Below, in pieces: positions 52,730-64,000 of a stretch of DNA of 64,000 nt. The position numbers and the translations under genes are program-made. The notes beneath the pieces were generated by a model. The model did no database searches, was not told where the DNA came from, and saw nothing but the letters and a program-made list of their open reading frames with translations. Source of the DNA: the human T2T-CHM13v2.0 reference genome, Homo sapiens; contig CP068257.2 in assembly GCA_009914755.4 (NCBI GenBank), positions 29,920,001 to 29,984,000 of the forward strand, given 5' to 3'. Positions within the stretch are counted from its first letter, which is position 1; each line of letters starts with the position of its first letter.

Positions 52730-52965
52730 TCAAAACAACAGTGAGGTGGTGGCGCCACCTGCTGGTCACTAAGACACAGTTCTGTGGCAACTGAGGCTTG
52801 ATCTCTTAGTGGTTGTGAGGAGGAGAAAATGAATGATGAATGATTTCCTTGTATTTTTGTACAACCAATCTTTCCAGGCCCTTTTGTGCTCAGCAGGTAG
52901 TAATAACATTGTTAGCAATTTTAACACACAAAGCAATTTCCGATGTCCACAAACGGGTAATTTTG
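52730..52965 (-). repeat. Right arm of inverted repeat (partner 51835-52045)
   Basis: Reverse complement reads 'cccgtttgtggacatcggaaattgctttgtgtgttaaaattgctaacaatgttattactac...cctggaaagattggttgtacaaaaatacaaggaaatcattcatcattc...agagatcaagcctcagttgccacag...tagtgaccagca'. Confidence 0.8.
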
Positions 52966-53277
52966 CACTTAGATGATACTAGGGAAAACACACAAGCCTT
53001 GTTTTCGTAGGACAGCCTGGTCGAAAGAAAATGGATTTTGTAGTTCATCCCAAGTTCTAATTCCAGCGCAGCCACTTGCCGGGTGGTCTTGGGTGAATTA
53101 CTTAACCACCCTTAGCCTTTTTTTCTCTGCTGTAGAGTGACTAACAGAGCCTTCGAACAGGGTCTGGGTAGACTTGGGGGCGGTGGAGAGTATCTCGAAG
53201 ACTTTCCAAAGGCTTCGAAAGCACATGGGTGGTTTTAAGAGAAGCAGTGTGCAGATTCCCAACCTCCACTTTCTCCC

Positions 53278-53634
53278 TGATACGGTTTGGAACTGTGATC
53301 TCACCCAAATCTCCTGTCGAATGGTAATCCCCAGTGTTGAAGGTGGGCCTGGTGGGAGGCGATGGGATCTTGGGGGTGGATTTCTCATCAGTGGCTTAGC
53401 TCCATCCCCTTGGTGCTGTTCTCCTGACGGTGAGTGTGTCCTTGCGAGACCTGGTCGTTTAAAAGTGTGTGGCGCATCCTCCTTCGCTTTCTGTCTTGCT
53501 TCTGCCATGTAAGACGAGCCTGCTCCCCCTTTGCATCCACTATGAGTAAAAGTTTCCTGAGGCCTCCCCAGAAGCAGAAGCTGCCATGCTTCCTGTACGG
53601 CCTGCAGAACTGTGGGCCACTTAAGCCTCTTCTC
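53278..53634 (+). mobile_element. MaLR LTR (THE1/MST-like), 3' end clipped by Alu
   Basis: 'tgatacggtttggaactgtgatctcacccaaatctcctgtcgaatggtaatccccagtgttgaaggtgggcctggtgggaggcgatgggatc...gccatgtaagacgagcctgctccc...tttcctgaggcctccccagaagcagaagctgccatgcttcctgtacggcctgcagaactgtgggccacttaagcctcttctc' ~ THE1/MST consensus ('tgatatggtttggctgtgtccccacccaaatctcatcttgaattgtag...gccatgtaagacgtg...ggaactgtgagtccattaaacctctttcc'). Confidence 0.7.
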
Positions 53635-53793
53635 TTTTTTTTTGAGACAGAGTTGCACTCTGTCGCCCAGGCTGGAGTGCAGTGGCAAGATCTTGGCTCA
53701 CCACAACCCCCCCTTCCTGGGTTCAAGAGATTCTCCTGCCTCAGCCTCTTGAGTAGCTAAGATTACAGGCGTGCGCCATGATGCCCTGCTAAT
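53635..53793 (-). mobile_element. Alu right monomer + linker, antisense (truncated)
   Basis: poly-T then 'gagacagagttgcactctgtcgcccaggctggagtgcagtggcaagatcttggctcaccacaacc...gattacaggcgtgcgccatgatgccctgctaattttt'. Confidence 0.8.
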
Positions 53794-54091
53794 TTTTTTT
53801 TCTTTTTTTGAGACAGAGTCTTGCTCTATCGCCCAGGCTAGAGTGCAGTGGTGTGATCTCGGCTCACTGAAACCTCTGCCTCCCAGGTTCGAGCAATTCT
53901 CCTGCCTCAGCCTCCCAAGTAGCTGGGATTACAGGCACCCGCCATTGCGCCTGGCTAATTTTTGTATTTTTAGTAGAGACGGGGTTTCACCATGTTGGCC
54001 AGACTGGTCTTGAACTCCTGACCTCAAGCGATCTGCCCACCTCGGCCTCCCAGAGTGCTGGGATTACAGGTGTGAGCCACCGCGTCCTGCC
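53789..54091 (-). mobile_element. Alu SINE antisense
   Basis: T-rich then reverse-complement Alu to 'gagccaccgcgtcctgcc'. Confidence 0.9.
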
Positions 54092-54690
54092 TCGAGCTGG
54101 TTTTTAGACTTCATGATCCTTCCTCCCCTTTACTGGAGGAACGCATGCCAGTCACTTGCTCTCAGTTTTACTAAAGTTCACTTTCTTCCCAGGTAACCCC
54201 TGGGGACTAAACAAAGGCACAAATGGAAATACCTGTGCAGGGGATGAAAATGTGAATGACTAATAATAGGGTAACAAGCCCTGATGAGTCATTTTATTTC
54301 CCAAGCATTGTTTTACCCCAAATTGAAGGAAGACCTAATTGAGTTTCCTACTATTTAAAGTATTGAAAGTTATTTCACTAAATGATTTCTGACATATAAT
54401 ACTGAAGGAATTCAAAGGATTGATTAACGTCACTGTAATAAGCCTCTTTCCAGACCATCTCTTGATTTACGACAGGCTGGTTTCTCAGAGCATACATCTT
54501 TTTAAAATTATTATTAAATAATTATAGATTCACTGGAAATTGCAAAGATAGACAGGACTGATGTACCCTTCACCTAGTTTTCTGCAATGACTAATCTTAT
54601 CAAAGGAGAATAGCAAAACCAGGAAATTGACATTGGTATGACATATGTGTGTAGTTCTGTGTCATTTGCTTACATGTGTAGATTCACATA

Positions 54691-54971
54691 AGGCATGGTG
54701 GCTCATGGCTGTAATCCCAGCACTTTGGGAGCCCAAGGCAGGCAGATCGCCCGAGGTCAGGAGTTCGAAATCAGCCCATGGTGAAACCCCGTCTGTACTA
54801 AAAATATGAATATTAGGTGGGCATGGTGGTGTGCGCCTGTAATCCAGCTACTCAGGAGGCTGAGGCAGGAGAATAGCTTGAACCCAGGAAGTGGAGGTTG
54901 CAGTGACCTGAGATCACGCCACTGCACTCCAGCCTAGGTGACAGAGCAAGACTCCATCTCAAAAAAAAAAA
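54691..54971 (+). mobile_element. Alu SINE (slightly 5'-truncated; short deletion in left monomer)
   Basis: 'aaggcatggtggctcatggctgtaatcccagcactttgggagcccaagg...ttcgaaatcagcccatggtgaaaccccgtctgtac...' to poly-A. Confidence 0.85.
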
Positions 54972-55144
54972 GAAGATATGGAATGATTTCATCTAAAAGA
55001 TCTCCCTCGTGGTGCCCCTTTATTGCCACACCCACCCCATGCCCCCACCATCCCTCACCCCTGGCAACTACTGATTTGTAATCCATCTCTATAATGTTGT
55101 CATTTCAAGGACATTATAAAAATAGAATTATACATATATGCAAC

Positions 55145-55431
55145 TTTTTTTTGAGACAGGGTCTCACTCTGTTGCCCAGGCTGGAGGGCATTGGAGCAAT
55201 CTTGGCTCACTGCAGCCTCCAACTCCTGGCCTCAAGCAATCCTCCTCCTTCAGCCTCCCAAGTAGCTGGAACTACAGGCACACGCCACCACGCCTGGCTA
55301 ATTATTTTATTTTTTGTAAAGATGGGGTCTTACTTTGTTGCCCAGGCTTGTCTTGAACTCATAGGCTCAAGTAGTCTCCTGCCTTGGCCTGCCAAAGTGC
55401 TGGGATTATAGCCATGAGCCACCCCACCACC
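55145..55431 (-). mobile_element. Alu SINE antisense (old, AluJ-like)
   Basis: 'ttttttttgagacagggtctcactctgttgcccaggctggagggcattggagcaatcttggctcactgcagcc...'; TSD 'tgcaacttttt'. Confidence 0.85.
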
Positions 55432-55576
55432 TGCAACTTTTTGAGATTGGCTTTTTTCAACCTTCATAATGCTCTTGAGATCCATCCAAGTTGTTGCAGG
55501 TATCTATGGTTCTTTTTTTATAATGCTGAGTAGCTTCTCACAGGGCATACCTCTTTATGTATAAAAAATGAGGATA

Positions 55577-56529
<953 letters not shown>

Positions 56530-56916
56530 TGAGTTGTCCCTCTTTTCTGGGCCAGACCAATGAATTCAATGAATTTCTTAAATGTATTTGATTGATGTCT
56601 CATGTCTCTCTAAAATGTATAAAACCAAGCTATGCCCCAACCGTCTTGGTCACATGTTCTGAGGACCTCCTGAGGGCTGTGTCACAGGCCACGGTCACTC
56701 ATATTTGGCTCAAAATAAATCTCTTCAAATATTTTACAGAGTTCGACTCTTTTCCTCGACAATAGTAAACACTGTAATATATTTTTGTTGTTTTAATCAA
56801 TTGTATACTACTGATTATAATTATAAATTCATTCAAATTAAAGGATCTTATAATTTTATAATCAAAGGAAATTGAAAATATTTAAATATACATATATAAT
56901 ATAAATGAATATTTGG

Positions 56917-56962
56917 CCAGGTGTGGTGGCTCGTGCCTGTAATCCCAGCACTTTGGGGGACA
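56917..56962 (+). mobile_element. Alu 5' fragment (~45 bp)
   Basis: 'ggccaggtgtggtggctcgtgcctgtaatcccagcactttggggg' then non-Alu. Confidence 0.7.
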
Positions 56963-57779
56963 GATTACCTGATATAAGTCATGAATCCTGGTCTTTATTT
57001 AAGGTATGTTTTTTGGATGAATTCATGTAGGTAGAGTGCTTAGAATAATAACTAGTAAAAAGCAGGTACGTGTTAGCTGATGTCTTAGGACAGCTTCTCC
57101 AGAAGCAGAGGCTGAGAGAGGGATTCTTGTTCCAGTGACTTACTGCAGGAGGATCTTGGGAGGAGGGGGTGAGGGAGCAGGCTGGGCAGGGGAGTGAGTT
57201 AACTGAGGAAGGCTGTGGTTTTAGCTGGAGACTGACTTCAGGCTGACCCCAGGGGGAGCCTGCACTGCAGAGGGGTTCCACTTCGAGGCAAGGGAGCCGG
57301 CCTTTTGCAAGCTGTGAGCTGCAGCTGACACTTGCTGCCCAAGTGACTAAGGCATCAACAGCATCTGCTACAGCTCATATAATTTTTTACTGGGGATGTG
57401 GAAATGAAGAGAAATAAGGAAGAGTTCCTGTATTCCATGTAGAAAGCTTATTTTCACTTGGGCATAAAAGGAGCAAATGATGCAATTACAGACTATTCGC
57501 CTATGGAGTGCTGCTGACCATCAAGACAGAAAGGCTCAGAGAGAAGAGGGCCCACCAGGCCAGCTCAAGGGCCTGGAGAAGGTGCTGGAAAAAATTACTC
57601 TTGGTCCCGAGACCAGCTCGGTCAGGGAGACCCTAACCCAGCGGCACTAGAGGAATTAAAGACACACACACAGAAATATAGAGGTGTGAAGTGGGAAATC
57701 AGGGGTCTCACAGCCTCCAGAGCTGAGAGCCCCGAACAGAGATTTACCCACGTATTTATTAACAGCAAAGCAGTCATTA

Positions 57780-58000
57780 GCATTGTTTCTATAGATATTA
57801 AATTAACTAAAATTTTCTAAATTTTAACTAAAATTAACTAACTAAATTAACTAAAAGTTTCTATAGATATTAAATTAACTAAAAGTATCCCTTATGAGAA
57901 ACGAAGGGATGGGCCGAATTAAAGGAATAGAATAGAATTAAAGGATAGAATAGAATTAAAGGAATAGAATAGAAGGGATGGGCCGAATTAAAGGGCTAGT
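57780..58000. repeat. Compound tandem-repeat block (nested direct repeats)
   Basis: 'tttctatagatattaaattaactaaaa' at 57787 and 57857 bracketing (t)aactaaa(a)tt units; 'aagggatgggccgaattaaagg' at ~57902 and ~57972 bracketing (gaatagaatagaattaaag)n. Confidence 0.8.
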
Positions 58001-58402
58001 TAACTGCAGCAGGAGGATGCCCTTAAGGCATAAATCGCTCATGCTATTGTTTGTGGCTTAAGAATGCCTTTAAGAGGTTTTCCTGCCCTGGGTGGGCCAG
58101 GTGTCCCTTGCCCTCATTCCCGTAAGCCCACAACCTTCCAGCTTGGGCATTAGGGCCATTACGAACGTGTCACAGTGCTGCAGAGATTTTGTTTGTGGCC
58201 AGTCTTGGGGCCAGTTTATGGCTGGATTTTGGGGGGCTTGCTCCCAACAACTTGGAATGGCACTTGAAGGGTTCCAGGAGCTTTGGATGATTGGCAGGGG
58301 AGAAGGGGGAAGGTAGGGTGGGTGCGGGGTAAATAAGAGAGGCAAAGAGCATCAGATGGAATCAACTCTGCCTGGGAGCTTGCCCTTAGTGGCTGGACCT
58401 GA

Positions 58403-58842
<440 letters not shown>

Positions 58843-58849
58843 TGAGACA

Positions 58850-58995
58850 CATCTGTTATTGCTATGTCACAGACTAGAACATTGAGGCACAGAGAGGTTA
58901 ACTTATTGCTCAAGGTTTCACAGCCGATAAGCAGTGGAGCAGAGAATAATTCAGGCCAGCCGGCTCTAGGGTTGCACTCTGAGCCCCCATCTTGT
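58850..58995 (-). mobile_element. MIR fragment antisense
   Basis: 'tgaggcacagagaggttaacttattgctcaaggtttcacagccgataagcagtggagcagagaataattcaggccagcc' ~ reverse-complement MIR. Confidence 0.55.
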
Positions 58996-59392
58996 ACTGG
59001 TACCACCTTAGAGTGTGGCAGGGGCAATGGAAGAGCAGCATGGCCCAGGCATGGGGGCTCTGAGCTGTGGGCAATGGTGTCAGGTGAGCGTGAGGCCAAG
59101 TGGGCCAAGCCAGTCCTGATACACAGGGCAGAGCCCCAGCTCCTACCTTTACCCAACATCAGGCAGGCATTGCCAAAACTTCAGCTAAGCCTTCTTCAGC
59201 TCTGCTGCAGCTCAAGGGATGAAAAGCTAGATTAGGCAACTGGGCTGGCAAGGTGAGGACAAGAGGAAGGAAAGGGAGAAGGAAGCCCAGAAGGTTGGAG
59301 CTGGGAAGCAGGGAGAAACCTGGGGCCTGGGAGGGCAAAAGAATGAAGGGCTTCAAAGGGGTGGTGAGATCAGATGACATCGCTGAAACCAT

Positions 59393-59766
59393 GTGATGTG
59401 GTTTGGCTGTGTCCCCACCCAAAATCTCAACTTGAATTATAATCTGAATTATAATCCCCATGTGTTGGGGGAAGGACCTGGTGGGAAGTGATTGGATCAT
59501 AAGGGCGGTTGCCTCATGCTGTTCTTGTGGCAGCGAGTTCTCGTGCGATGTGCTGGTTTTATAAGAGACCTTCCCCACTTCACTCTGCACTTCCCTCTCC
59601 TGCTGCCATGTGAAGAAGGACGTGTTTGCTTCCCCTTCCTCTATGATTGTAAGTTTCCTGAGGCTTCCCCAGCAATGCAGAACTGTGAGTCAATTAAGCC
59701 TCTTTCCTTTATACATTACCCAGTCTCAGGCAGTTGTTTAAAGCAGCGTGAGAATGAACTAATACG
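59393..59766 (+). mobile_element. MaLR LTR (THE1/MST family), near full length solo LTR
   Basis: 'tgtgatgtggtttggctgtgtccccacccaaaatctcaacttgaattataat...ccccatgtgttgggggaaggacctggtgggaagtgattggatcataagggcgg...tggttttataagagaccttcccc...gctgccatgtgaagaaggacgtgtttgcttcccc...gtaagtttcctgaggcttccccagcaatgcagaactgtgagtcaattaagcctctttcctttatacattacccagtctcaggcagttgtttaaagcagcgtgagaatgaactaatac' tracks the THE1/MST consensus end to end. Confidence 0.8.
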
Positions 59767-60275
59767 CTGTGGAAACCAAGTGAAATGATTTGAGCTCCCA
59801 AGGAGAGATGGCAGCAGGGATAGCCAAACCCTGGGGCAGTGCCCACTCTGAAGACAGAGCCCTGGCTGTGCCTCCCTATGGGAAGCAGCTAGGGAGGTTT
59901 TGTTTTAATTTTTTTTTTACTGTGGTAAGATACACACAACATAAAATTTACAAATTTAACTATTTTTAAGGGTACAAAGTATCATTAAATACCTTCACAT
60001 TGTTGTTCAGCCATCACCACAACCCATCTCCAGAACTTTCCATCATCCTAAGCTAAAACTCTGTACCCATTTAACAATAACCCAACATTTTCGTGCTCCT
60101 CCAGCTCCCAGAAACCTTTATTCTACTTTCTGTGTCTATAAATTTGCCTCCTCTAAGTGCCTTATGTAAGTGGAATCATAAAGTATTTGCCCTTCTGTGA
60201 CAGGCTTATGTCACTTAGCATAATGTCCGCAAGGTCCATCTATGTTGCAGCATGTGTCAGATTATAATTTTTTTT

Positions 60276-60854
<579 letters not shown>

Positions 60855-60864
60855 CTAAGTTAAC

Positions 60865-60958
60865 AATACAGATGACAGCCCACGATACAGATGACAGCCC
60901 ACAATACAGATGACAGCCCACAATACAGATGACAGCCCACAATACAGATGACAGCCCA
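60865..60958. repeat. Minisatellite: 19-bp unit 'aatacagatgacagcccac' x5
   Basis: 'acgatacagatgacagcccacaatacagatgacagcccacaatacagatgacagcccacaatacagatgacagcccac' near-perfect tandem copies. Confidence 0.9.
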
Positions 60959-61622
60959 CTTTAACCAGGACTTGCTGGAGGGTTGGGGCTGTCTCCTAAG
61001 CCGCTGGGCATAAGGGCTTTGAGCTTCTGTGAAGCGTGAATCACTGAGTGTGAGTCGCTGAGCTGATTATTCTCCGTGCCCTCCTTATGCTTTCTTCCTC
61101 CTTCCCAGCCCTGCTCTGCACCCTGTGGGCTTGACCTCTGTGGACACATTTTCTGAGTTTCTTTCCCCTTTGTCTTCCTGTGGGTTTGGCTAATGAGAGG
61201 CCCTGAGAAGAAGTCGGAGGGCAAGAGAAGCAGCTGGGGTCTTTCTTCCCCGTCCCTCCCTACTTCTTGTAGTGATGCTGCCTGTGGCTTGGGGCTCTTC
61301 CTCCCCAGATCCGGCTCTCACCCAGCTCAGTCACGCTCTCTCCTCCCCTGACCTCTACTACAGTGAGTGGTGCCGAGGGGCTTCACCGTCCCACTTTGTA
61401 AAAATTAGCCCCGCACGCTAGTTTGTAAACAAACGCTCTGTTGAATTCTTTCCAGAATTCCATTTGAGTGTGCCTAAGGGTGCCCTGCTTGAGCTATGAT
61501 GCTACAGATATCCCCATGAGAAATTTCTATCCGTGGGCAAGGGCAGCAAGGGGTCACGGGATCGTGGTGTGATTTCTCTGCCTTAAATTAGTTCCTAATA
61601 TGTTGTAATATTGTTGATGTCA

Positions 61623-62015
<393 letters not shown>

Positions 62016-62333
62016 TCATTCTTCTCTCCATCTGCTGAGCATATCAGGAAGATGGACTCACAGGAGGATGTTGAGCGTGGAGTAGAAATCCATTATTAAC
62101 CTGACAAACTCATCCAATCCAGGAGCAATGGTGGAATCAATCTTTTTATTTGTTGTTGAGAGTTCCTGACTCGGTGCCACCACTACTGGAATGCTTGTGA
62201 TCCACAAAGCCCCCGACAAGATCAGCAAACGTTTCATGCCTGATGGGCTTGGCATTCTGTCAGGCTGTAGCTGGTAATTGCAAATAGACTATAGATTTCC
62301 TCCTACATTTTTGTTTTTTAAAAGGATCAAGTG

Positions 62334-62613
62334 GCCGGGTACGGTGGCTCACACCTGTAATCCCAGCACTTTGGGAGGCCAAGGCGGACAGATCACTTGA
62401 GCCCAGGAGCTTGAGACCAGCTTGGCCAACATGGCAAAACCTTGCCTCTACTAAAAATACAAAAATTAGCCAGGCTCGGTGGCACACATCTGTAATCCCA
62501 GGTACTCAGGAGGCTGAGGCAGGAGAATCACTTGAACCTGGGAGGCAGAGGTTGGAGTGAGCTGAGAGATTGCACCACTGCACTCCAGCCTGGGCAACAG
62601 AGTGAGACCCTGT
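62334..62613 (+). mobile_element. Alu SINE
   Basis: 'ggccgggtacggtggctcacacctgtaatcccagc...' ending 'gagtgagaccctgtcaaag'. Confidence 0.9.
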
Positions 62614-62870
62614 CAAAGAAAAGAAATGAAGAAAAGAAAAGAAAAGAAAAAAGAGAAGAGAAGAGAAGAAAAGAAAAGAGAAGAGAAGAAAAGAAAAGAA
62701 AGGGAGGGGAGGGGAGGGAAGGGCAGGGGAATAGGGAGGGGAAGGGGAGGGGAATAGGGAGGGGAAGGGGAAGGGGGGAAGGGGAAAGGGAAGGGGAGGG
62801 GAAGGGGAGGGGAAGGGGAGGGGAAGGGGAGGGGAAGGGGAAAGGGAAGGGGAGGTGGGGGCAAGTTTCT
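62614..62870. repeat. ~255-bp purine tract: (GAAAA/GAGAA)n grading into G-rich (GGGGAA/GGGAAG)n
   Basis: 'aaaagaaatgaagaaaagaaaagaaaagaaaaaagagaagagaagagaag...gggaggggaggggagggaagggcaggggaatagggaggggaaggggaggggaatagggaggggaaggggaaggggggaaggggaaagggaaggggaggggaaggggaggggaagg...'. Confidence 0.9.
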
Positions 62871-62999
62871 TTAATAGTCTTTTTCTCTGCTCTTAGAGAT
62901 GAACAGATTGCTGTTTCTGTGTGTTGTTTTTCAGTTGAGCATCAGCTGAAGGAATTGCTTGGGTATACAGGGCCTCGTTGTATCAATAGTATGTCCTTA

Positions 63000-63605
<606 letters not shown>

Positions 63606-63924
63606 TTAAAAATACCTTTTTCTTTTTTGTTTTAAAAAAAGAAGAAGAAGAGGAATTCTCCTTGGGGACCTGGTCTGCAAACTCCACTTCTGTTCCCACT
63701 TCTAAAGGCACAGCTGTTGTCCATGGAGAGTTCCAAAGATGTGTCTTGATGACAATAATGGAAAGTAGTTGGTGTTTTTCTTCCTTCATTTGGATTTCAG
63801 TTTTGTATACTAAACAGAAGTAATTGCATTTGATGACAAAGGAAAAAGAATGAAATCAGCAAAGGGATCATTTGGGGTTTTTTGGCTCAGTGATTCCTGT
63901 GGCAGCCGTTGTGGTGGTTAATTT

Positions 63925-64000
63925 TCTGTGTCTATTTGCCTAGGCCATGGTACCCAGTTGTTTGGTCAGGTACCGGTCCAGATGTTGTAAAGGTATAGGT
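63925..64000 (+). mobile_element. 5' end of MaLR MLT1-type LTR (continues beyond window)
   Basis: 'tgtggtggttaattttctgtgtctatttgcctaggccatggtacccagttgtttggtcaggtaccggtccagatgttg' ~ MLT1 start 'tgtggtggttaattttatgtgtcaacttggctgggccatggtgcccagatatttggtcaaacat'. Confidence 0.6.

Noticed and set aside
60865-60958. CRISPR-like array
   Set aside because: The 19-bp units are directly tandem with no intervening unique spacers, and the context is eukaryotic. This is a minisatellite.

Overview
This window is primate (almost certainly human) nuclear genomic DNA, not a prokaryotic or phage locus. I see no defence system, operon, CRISPR array, tRNA or rRNA. The supplied six-frame ORFs are overwhelmingly translations of Alu SINEs (the '[24 protein letters not shown]' and '[10 protein letters not shown]' motifs recur dozens of times), of GC-rich CpG-island DNA, or of purine/pyrimidine microsatellites. 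Several use non-ATG starts. I therefore call no CDS.

What the sequence supports:
- About 70 Alu or FLAM elements, roughly 30% of the window, many with clear target-site duplications (TSDs).
- About 10 MIR fragments.
- Several MaLR LTRs of MLT1 and THE1/MST type.
- A 5'-truncated SVA (SINE-R part) abutting an Alu.
- Numerous microsatellites and low-complexity tracts.
- One large CpG island (about 5.6-7.7 kb) with multiple CCAAT boxes and consensus splice donors on both strands, consistent with a TATA-less, probably bidirectional, promoter. I cannot name the gene from sequence alone.

The most interesting structural observations are:
- two separate inverted-repeat pairs, each enclosing an Alu;
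- a head-to-tail triple Alu array bounded by a single TSD;
- an Alu-filled site at 30.0 kb with a diverged Alu-empty paralog 2.8 kb away;
- nested Alu-in-Alu and Alu-in-MIR insertions;
- a 38-bp-arm hairpin;
- a 19-bp minisatellite;
- G-rich purine tracts.

All coordinates are approximate, within about 10 bp.
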